The position numbers and the translations under genes are program-made. Below the pieces are notes generated by a model. That model did no database searches and was not told where the DNA came from. It saw only the letters and a list, made by a program, of their open reading frames with translations. From positions 1 through 54,960 of the forward strand of contig DAIEPO010000001.1 in NCBI GenBank assembly GCA_027348385.1: 54,960 bases of DNA, written 5' to 3'. The stretch is from a bacterium. GTDB lineage: Bacteria; Patescibacteriota; Doudnabacteria; UBA920; VMFF01. Below are positions 37,761-43,459 of this stretch, piece by piece; the stretch's first letter is position 1, and every line of letters starts with the position of its first letter.

Positions 37761-37804
37761 ATTTAGTGATTAATTAATTGATATCGAAATGATATACGTG
37801 TCTA

Positions 37805-37833
37805 ATTATACGACCATCCAAGCAAAATGTCAA
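37805..37833 (-). promoter_or_regulatory. perfect-consensus sigma70 promoter of rpsL-rpsG-fusA
   Basis: Minus strand reads TTGACA (37833-37828), a 17-nt spacer, then TATAAT (37810-37805). Confidence 0.7.
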
Positions 37834-37851
37834 AGCCCTCAAAAACCCTAT

Positions 37852-37879
37852 TTGTCTTTTTTGTTTCTTAGTATACAAT
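37852..37879 (+). promoter_or_regulatory. candidate promoter of the GC-rich 100-aa ORF, back-to-back with the rpsL promoter
   Basis: TTGTCT (37852-37857), a 16-nt spacer, then TACAAT (37874-37879). GGGGGG lies 3 nt upstream of ATG 37925. Confidence 0.45.
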
Positions 37880-37924
37880 GCATGGGATAGCAGAAAACAG
37901 CACGACAACCATACAGGGGGGCCC

Positions 37925-38227
37925 ATGGTAGGAAGAGCTTTGTTTGCGAGTGATCAATTCACTTTCACCGAGACCCCAGACGGTCTCCTGGAAGTGAAGG
38001 TCGATGGGTCAGTGAGAAACAGAGAGAAGCTTCTCAGTGACCTCTTCCGTGCCCTGAGTGGCACGGCACCGAAAACGCATTGCCTTTTCGGTCTCCGGAG
38101 CTTTCATCCGGAATTTGCTGGCCCGCTCCTGGCGCTGGCAAATCACATCGACTGGCGTCCGGTGACGGACGTCACCTTCAACGAAGGAGTGCTGAGCGCG
38201 AAGCTCCCCCCACGCGCAGCGGATTGA
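37925..38227 (+). CDS. GC-rich orphan hypothetical protein (compositional island)
   Basis: ORF track 100 aa. Sampled lines are 53-60% GC. It has its own promoter-like, SD-like and terminator signals, and no motif I recognise. Confidence 0.5.
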   Translation: MVGRALFASDQFTFTETPDGLLEVKVDGSVRNREKLLSDLFRALSGTAPKTHCLFGLRSFHPEFAGPLLALANHIDWRPVTDVTFNEGVLSAKLPPRAAD

Positions 38228-38250
38228 CCGCCACGCAATACAAACAACAA

Positions 38251-38283
38251 GGCCCGCTGGAAACAGTGGGCCGCAACGTTTTT
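38251..38283 (+). terminator. GC-rich terminator hairpin shared by convergent genes
   Basis: GGCCCGCTG-GAAA-CAGTGGGCC, then GCAACG and TTTTT. The minus-strand side is followed by TTGTTGTTTG. Confidence 0.6.
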
Positions 38284-38288
38284 AAATA

Positions 38289-38912
38289 CTAAGTGATTCC
38301 AAAAATTCTAAAGAAAAAACCTATAATTGGCATCATCAAGTGCTGAAATGCACCAGTGAAAAAGAGAAGATAGATTAAGATTAAAAAAGGCAAGATTCCT
38401 GCAAGACCTCGCATCTCAATGTTCATAATCCAATTTATTGCACTTTCTCCAAAGAGTGCTGCCAACACTTTTGATCCATCTATTGGTGGTATTGGAATCA
38501 TGTTAATGACTGCTAAAAGAATGTTAATCTGAGCAACTAAAATGAAGATAGACTGAACAGTTTCAGGCAAAGGCAGCACTCTAACAAAAAGTGCAAAGAT
38601 CATAGCCAGAAAAAGGTTTGTTAAAATACCGGCAATTGAAACCCAGAAAACACCCCAGCGAAAATTCCTTAAGTTATTGTAGTTAACAGGAACTGGTTTT
38701 GCTGCTCCAAAGATTATAGGAGAGCCTGACATGTACAAAACAATCGGGATTAAAAAACTAAAGTACAAGTCTAAATGTACCAGCGGGTTTATCGTAATTC
38801 TACCCATGGCCCGAGCAGTATCATCGCCAAAATACTCAGCAACCGAACCATGCGCAATCTCATGCAATATTGCGGAAAACAAAAGAATAGCCAGTGATAT
38901 GATTAAATCCAT
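38289..38912 (-). CDS. M50-family (site-2 protease-like) membrane zinc metalloprotease
   Basis: 207 aa; HEIAHG (HExxH) in the first TM region; multi-pass; PPIDGSKV-type second motif. Confidence 0.8.
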   Translation of the reverse strand: MDLIISLAILLFSAILHEIAHGSVAEYFGDDTARAMGRITINPLVHLDLYFSFLIPIVLYMSGSPIIFGAAKPVPVNYNNLRNFRWGVFWVSIAGILTNLFLAMIFALFVRVLPLPETVQSIFILVAQINILLAVINMIPIPPIDGSKVLAALFGESAINWIMNIEMRGLAGILPFLILIYLLFFTGAFQHLMMPIIGFFFRIFGIT

Positions 38913-38935
38913 GTTCTTTAATTATTTATCAATGC

Positions 38936-38964
38936 TTGATTATTATACCAAAACATGTTAATAT
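38936..38964 (+). promoter_or_regulatory. sigma70-type promoter of rpmB
   Basis: TTGATT (38936-38941), a 17-nt spacer, then TAATAT (38959-38964). Confidence 0.55.
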
Positions 38965-38994
38965 ACCGAAGTTATTAAAACATCTAGAAGATAT

Positions 38995-39183
38995 ATGCCA
39001 AGAATGTGCGCAATCTGCGGTAAAGGATATTCCAAGACAATCAAGCGCAGCCACTCCATGCGAGCTTCCATAAAAAGACTATTACCAAACTTACAATGGA
39101 CTAAGCACGAAGGTCAGAGAGTAAAGGCTTGCACAAGCTGTATTAAAACTAAATCAAAGAGATTAGCTAAAGCAACTGTCTAA
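38995..39183 (+). CDS. rpmB: 50S ribosomal protein L28
   Basis: 62 aa; MPRMCAICGKG...SHSMRASIKRLLPNLQ. Confidence 0.9.
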   Translation: MPRMCAICGKGYSKTIKRSHSMRASIKRLLPNLQWTKHEGQRVKACTSCIKTKSKRLAKATV

Positions 39184-39199
39184 ACCTATACTGCAATTT

Positions 39200-39230
39200 A
39201 AATCCCCCATTTCGGGGGATTTTTCATTTT
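39200..39230 (+). terminator. rpmB rho-independent terminator
   Basis: AAATCCCCC-ATTTC-GGGGGATTT, followed by TTCATTTT. Confidence 0.8.
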
Positions 39231-39296
39231 AATCTTTTCTTAACGAAAAGTTAATCATTTTAGAGTATTAATATCAGGAAAAGAAAATCCTGATCT

Positions 39297-39366
39297 GGGG
39301 ATGGCAGGTTCGCGAGTAACGAACCTTATCAATTTGTTCTTGTGGGTTCGAGTCCCACCATCTCCA
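39297..39366 (+). ncRNA. 70-nt tRNA-like element: Ala/tmRNA-type acceptor (G3:U70, A73) and canonical T arm, non-canonical core
   Basis: GGGGATG (39297-39303) pairs with CATCTCC (39359-39365), giving G3:T70. The discriminator is A (39366). The T arm is GTGGG-TTCGAGT-CCCAC (39342-39358). Between them lie a 7-bp hairpin AGGTTCG-CGAGTAA-CGAACCT and a 15-nt unpaired stretch. There is no D arm, no U33 and no encoded CCA. Confidence 0.45.
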
Positions 39367-39432
39367 TAATTGACAGGTCGGATTAAATTAAATACGATTG
39401 TATTGGTAAGGTTCGTTTCCGTGACCTGTTTT

Positions 39433-39458
39433 AAAGCCCCGAATTTCTTCGGGGCTTT
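39433..39458. terminator. bidirectional terminator-like hairpin after parB and the tRNA-like element
   Basis: AAAGCCCCGAA-TTTC-TTCGGGGCTTT; only short T/A tracts on each side. Confidence 0.55.
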
Positions 39459-39461
39459 AAA

Positions 39462-40412
39462 TTATACTGTAAAGTATTCTGTGCTATCTTTTTTGTTGTT
39501 AGCAATCTTGTCCATTAAATCATGTAATTCTTCTTCAGAAAAGAATTCAATCATTATCTTTCCACCACGGCCTTTCTTTTCTATCTTTACTTTAGTTCCG
39601 AGTTTGCTTCTAAGTTCATTTTCCCAAGCAAGAGTATTTGGATCAGGACCAGCTGCTTCTAGTCTTGGACGTGCCATCAATTCACGAACCTTTGCTTCAA
39701 CCTGACGCACATTTAATCCTTGATCAACGATCATTTTGTAAAGCGCAAGTTGTCTTTCCATACCAGCAAGTCCTAGTATTGCTCTGGCATGCCCTTCTGA
39801 TATCTTTCCTTCAATGATTGCTCTTTGAATTTCGGCTGGAAGGTTCAACAAACGAACTGTGTTTGCAATTGCAGGTCTTGATTTACCGACTTTTTGAGCA
39901 ACCTTTTCTTGAGTTAAACCAAAGTTATCCATTAACTTCTGGTATGCTTGCGCTTCCTCAATCGGGTTTAATTCCTGTCTTTGAATGTTTTCTATTAAAG
40001 CAACTTCAAGCTTGGTCTGATCTGCCATACCCTGTTTAATAATTACAGGGACCTTTTTTAAACCAGCAAGCTGAGAAGCACGAAATCTTCGCTCACCCAC
40101 GACAAGCTCATAACCTGAAGGAGTTTTGTTAACAACCAAGGGTTGGATGACACCATGTTCTTTGATGGAATCAGCAAGCTCTTGGAGATGCTCTTGGTTA
40201 AAAACCTTTCTTGGTTGAAAAGGGTTTGCAACTATATCTTCTATCGGAACTTCCTGTACTGAGGCGTCTGAATATGAGATACGCTCCGTTAATTCAGGGT
40301 CTTTATGAATTTCAGGCAACGAAAAAGACTGCGTCCCGTTAGACTCCTGATTTTGGGTTGGAGTCGGATTTGCAGCCTGTGTATTTAAATTTTGATTATC
40401 AGTATCAAACAT
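39462..40412 (-). CDS. parB: chromosome-partitioning protein ParB/Spo0J
   Basis: The ORF track (360 aa) reads through tRNA-Leu. The real start is Met45 (MFDTDNQ...). Motifs: NPFQPRK, the GERRFRA box, HTH, and a low-complexity Q/N/T N-terminus. Confidence 0.88.
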   Translation of the reverse strand: MFDTDNQNLNTQAANPTPTQNQESNGTQSFSLPEIHKDPELTERISYSDASVQEVPIEDIVANPFQPRKVFNQEHLQELADSIKEHGVIQPLVVNKTPSGYELVVGERRFRASQLAGLKKVPVIIKQGMADQTKLEVALIENIQRQELNPIEEAQAYQKLMDNFGLTQEKVAQKVGKSRPAIANTVRLLNLPAEIQRAIIEGKISEGHARAILGLAGMERQLALYKMIVDQGLNVRQVEAKVRELMARPRLEAAGPDPNTLAWENELRSKLGTKVKIEKKGRGGKIMIEFFSEEELHDLMDKIANNKKDSTEYFTV

Positions 40413-40430
40413 TTTTGTATTTATATTCTC

Positions 40431-40517
40431 TGGTGCCGGTGGTGGGAGTTGAACCCACATGAGGGTAACCTCACACGATTTTGAGTCGTGCGCGTATGCC
40501 AGTTCCGCCACACCGGC
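40431..40517 (-). tRNA. tRNA-Leu (anticodon CAA), class II long variable arm, CCA encoded
   Basis: Minus strand folds by eye as GCCGGTG-TG-GCG-GAACTGGCATA-CGC-G-CACGA-CTCAAAA-TCGTG-TGAGGTTACCCTCAT-GTGGG-TTCAACT-CCCAC-CACCGGC-A-CCA. Confidence 0.9.
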
Positions 40518-40534
40518 TCGAAAATTACTCCCTG

Positions 40535-40563
40535 ATTTTATCATATTGTTCTGTGTTTGTAAA
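40535..40563 (-). promoter_or_regulatory. sigma70-type promoter for tRNA-Leu/parB
   Basis: Minus strand reads TTTACA (40563-40558), a 17-nt spacer, then TAAAAT (40540-40535). Confidence 0.55.
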
Positions 40564-40574
40564 ACATATATAAT
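40546..40574 (+). promoter_or_regulatory. candidate promoter of uppP, overlapping the divergent tRNA promoter
   Basis: TTGTTC (40546-40551), a 17-nt spacer, then TATAAT (40569-40574). The ATG at 40581 is only 6 nt downstream, which implies a leaderless mRNA. Confidence 0.45.
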
Positions 40575-40580
40575 TCAAAT

Positions 40581-41363
40581 ATGTCATATATACACGCAAC
40601 CATTTTAGGGATTGTTGAAGGGCTTACTGAGTTTCTTCCAATCTCCTCAACCGCTCATTTAATCCTCGCTTCAGATTTAATGCACCTGGTTCAAAGCGAG
40701 TTCAACAAAAGCTTTGAGATCATTATTCAAATGGGTGCTATCCTTTCTGTTGTTTTCTTGTATTACAAAGATCTCTTTAAGTGGTCAATGATTAAAAAGC
40801 TTTTTGTTGCTTTTGTTCCAACTGCAATCATTGGTCTTTTGCTTTACAAATTCATTAAAGGATATCTGATCGGTAATACTGTTGTTGTGCTCTGGACCCT
40901 TGCTCTGGGTGGTATTTTATTAATCGTCTTTGAGAGAGTTTTTGCAAAACGCATTGCCTTAAATGAATCCGAAGATTCTAGTTTAAGCGAAATATCCTAC
41001 AAACAATCCTTTGTTGTAGGTTTATTTCAATCACTAGCTGTGATCCCAGGGGTTTCCCGTTCTGCAGCAACTATAATCGGGGGTATGCTCTGGGGAGTCA
41101 AAAGAAAAGCAATAGTGGAGTTTTCTTTTTTGCTTGCAGTACCAACTATGGTTGCAGCAACTGGCTTAGATATTTACAAGAACATGAATGCCTTCACTCA
41201 TAGCGATTGGAAAGTTTTGTCAGTTGGATTAATTGTTTCTTTCATAACTGCGATTTTGGCTATTAAATTTTTCATCGCATATATTCAGAAGAACACCTTC
41301 AGTGCTTTTGGTTGGTACAGAATACTTCTGGTTATTATCTTTGCGATAATCTTCTTTGGGTAA
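40581..41363 (+). CDS. uppP: undecaprenyl-diphosphate phosphatase
   Basis: 260 aa; GIVEGLTEFLPISSTAHL and PGVSRSAATI. Confidence 0.92.
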   Translation: MSYIHATILGIVEGLTEFLPISSTAHLILASDLMHLVQSEFNKSFEIIIQMGAILSVVFLYYKDLFKWSMIKKLFVAFVPTAIIGLLLYKFIKGYLIGNTVVVLWTLALGGILLIVFERVFAKRIALNESEDSSLSEISYKQSFVVGLFQSLAVIPGVSRSAATIIGGMLWGVKRKAIVEFSFLLAVPTMVAATGLDIYKNMNAFTHSDWKVLSVGLIVSFITAILAIKFFIAYIQKNTFSAFGWYRILLVIIFAIIFFG

Positions 41364-41365
41364 AG

Positions 41366-41395
41366 AAAAACGCTGCAGTAGATGCAGCGTTTTTT
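41366..41395. terminator. bidirectional terminator between uppP and glyA
   Basis: AAAAACGCTGCA-GTAGA-TGCAGCGTTTTTT. Confidence 0.8.
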
Positions 41396-41399
41396 AAAT

Positions 41400-42650
41400 C
41401 TAGGCTATTCCTGGAACCGGAAACTTTAAACTAAAATCAATAACTGCTTGTTTAACCTCATCAAGCTTTGCTTGATCGTTTCTGTTTGCAATTGCTCGAT
41501 CAATTAAGTCTGCAACAACATCCATCTCAACCTCTTGCATACCTCTGGTTGTTAAAGCAGGAGTACCTAAACGAATTCCTGATGGGTCCATTGGTTTTCT
41601 TTGATCATACGGCACCATATTTTTGTTAACAGAAATACCAACTTGTTCTAAAACTTTCTCTGCTTCTTTGCCAGTGACACCCTTACTACCAAATACATCC
41701 ACCAACATCAGATGATTATCAGTACCACCTGAAACAATGCGATACCCTTTTTCTGAAAGCTTTGCTGCTAATCTCTTTGCATTTATAATTATCTGTTTGG
41801 TGTATGTTTGATACTCTGGTTTTAGAGCTTCAGCAAAAGCAATAGCTTTAGCAGCATTAATGTGATCATGTGGACCACCTTGAACTCCTGGAAACACTGC
41901 TTTGTCTATTGCTGATGCAAACTGTTCTTTACACATGATTATTGCGCCTCGTGGACCACGCAGAGTCTTATGCGTTGTTGTTGAAACAACATCAAAATAT
42001 GGCACCGGGCTATCAAGTTGTTTTCCTGCAATCAAGCCTGAGATATGTGCAATATCTGCAAAAGTATATGCCCCAATTTTATCCGCTATTTCTTTGAATC
42101 TTTTCCAGTCTAAAGTTCTGGAATATGCAGAAAATCCTGCAATTATCATTTTTGGTTTTTCTGCTAAAGCAATTCTTTCAACCTCGTCCATATCAACTTC
42201 TTCTGTTTCTTTGTTTACTGTGTATGGAATGATATTGAAAAGTTTTCCCGAAAAATTCATTGGATGACCATGGGTTAAATGTCCGCCTTGGTCTAGAGAA
42301 AGACCGAGCACCTTGTCCCCTGGTTGCAAAAGCGCAAAGTAAACAGCAATGTTAGCAGGACCTCCTGAAAGTGGTTGAACGTTAACGTGTTCTGCACCAA
42401 AAAGCTCTTTGGCACGATCAATGGCTAAAGTTTCCGCTTTATCTATTATTTCATTACCGCCGTAATATCTTTTACCAGGGTATCCTTCTGAATACTTGTT
42501 TGTTAAAATACTTCCCATTGCTTCTAATACAGCTTCAGAAACATAATTCTCAGAAGCAATTAACTCTAAGCCTTGCTTCTGTCTTTTTTCTTCTTCTTTG
42601 ATTATTTCGTACAAGACTGGGTCTTGTTTTTGAATGTTTGAATAGTTCAT
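41400..42650 (-). CDS. glyA: serine hydroxymethyltransferase
   Basis: 416 aa; ELIASENY, and the TTTHKTLRGPRG PLP-lysine motif. Confidence 0.95.
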   Translation of the reverse strand: MNYSNIQKQDPVLYEIIKEEEKRQKQGLELIASENYVSEAVLEAMGSILTNKYSEGYPGKRYYGGNEIIDKAETLAIDRAKELFGAEHVNVQPLSGGPANIAVYFALLQPGDKVLGLSLDQGGHLTHGHPMNFSGKLFNIIPYTVNKETEEVDMDEVERIALAEKPKMIIAGFSAYSRTLDWKRFKEIADKIGAYTFADIAHISGLIAGKQLDSPVPYFDVVSTTTHKTLRGPRGAIIMCKEQFASAIDKAVFPGVQGGPHDHINAAKAIAFAEALKPEYQTYTKQIIINAKRLAAKLSEKGYRIVSGGTDNHLMLVDVFGSKGVTGKEAEKVLEQVGISVNKNMVPYDQRKPMDPSGIRLGTPALTTRGMQEVEMDVVADLIDRAIANRNDQAKLDEVKQAVIDFSLKFPVPGIA

Positions 42651-42736
42651 TGGATTTTAAAATTAAAAATCTTGTGGTTCTTTGTATGTCTTTCTTTTCT
42701 GTTTTTTAAGAATTAGCTCATTTTAAAAATCTCCAA

Positions 42737-43405
42737 TTATTTTAACGCTGCAAATATTTGTTTCTCTGAAATCGGTCCTGCCCTTAAAACCTCTAAATCA
42801 ACTTCCTGCTGGTTTCCTTGGCCTTTTGTTGATAGTTTTACAAAGGTTGAAGGCTTAACTTTCTTAAGCTTCCCTGCATCTATAATTATATCAGGTTTGT
42901 GTTTTTTGTCGCTAAATTGCTTAAGGAGATCTTTAGAAGAATATGAATCAAAACCTCCCTTTGCTGAAGCAAGATTAGCGCTTGTTGCAGTGATTGGCCC
43001 TGCTTTTTTTGCAAGATCTAAAGCAAAGTTATTCTTAGCAATACGGATTCCCAAATATCCAGTACCTGCAGTTAACTTTTTAAGTACTTTATTTTTTGAT
43101 TTCAAAGACAGCGCCATTGAAAATGGTCCAGGAAGAAACCTTTTTGCTAATTTTTCTGCAACACCGTTCCACTGAACATATTTTTTAGCAACAGAAACTG
43201 AAGCAACAAAAATATGAACTGGTTTATTAAAACCCCGCTCTTTAATTTTGTAAAGCTTTGTAATCGCTACTTTGTTTGAAATTAAAGCAGCCAAACCATA
43301 CGACGTGTCTGTTGGGTAGACCACGGTCTTTCCTTTTTTTAAGGAATTAACCGCAAACCTTAAAACCTTACTGTAATTAGTTTTAGTTAGTTTAAGGATT
43401 ATCAT
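42737..43405 (-). CDS. tsaC: L-threonylcarbamoyladenylate synthase, YrdC/Sua5 family
   Basis: 222 aa; VVYPTDTSYGLA, KIKERGFNKP and ATSANLAS. Confidence 0.85.
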   Translation of the reverse strand: MIILKLTKTNYSKVLRFAVNSLKKGKTVVYPTDTSYGLAALISNKVAITKLYKIKERGFNKPVHIFVASVSVAKKYVQWNGVAEKLAKRFLPGPFSMALSLKSKNKVLKKLTAGTGYLGIRIAKNNFALDLAKKAGPITATSANLASAKGGFDSYSSKDLLKQFSDKKHKPDIIIDAGKLKKVKPSTFVKLSTKGQGNQQEVDLEVLRAGPISEKQIFAALK

Positions 43406-43419
43406 GACGTCAGTATATC

Positions 43420-43451
43420 AAAAAAGCGGACTGCCGCACTAGGCAATCCGC
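43420..43451 (-). terminator. leuS rho-independent terminator
   Basis: Minus strand reads GCGGATTGCC-TAGTGC-GGCAGTCCGC, followed by TTTTTT. Confidence 0.8.
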
Positions 43452-43459
43452 TTTTGTAT

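Noticed and set aside
1497-38283. GC-rich islands as simple metagenome mis-assembly
   Set aside because: This cannot be excluded without reads. However, each island fits exactly between a host-type promoter and its own terminator inside an intergenic gap. Flanking genes are undisturbed, and island 1 encodes a homologue of its neighbour. I kept both as findings with this caveat.
38080-38292. 70-aa alternative-frame ORF in GC island 2
   Set aside because: It overlaps the 100-aa ORF, which has the better start context. Its Arg/Pro/Gly-rich sequence is typical of an off-frame GC-rich translation.
39400-39432. parS site near parB
   Set aside because: GTTTCCGTGACCTGT only superficially resembles TGTTTCACGTGAAACA and is not palindromic. 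It more likely forms part of the ACAGGTC/GACCTGT hairpin.
39297-39460. Full-length or permuted tmRNA gene
   Set aside because: The 5' and 3' acceptor strands are only 55 nt apart, and in normal rather than permuted order. There is no room for a tag ORF or pseudoknots, and I could not find an ANDxxxALAA-type tag frame downstream.
40413-40544. 44-codon N-terminal extension of parB
   Set aside because: The extension is the translation of the tRNA-Leu gene sequence. The real start is Met45.
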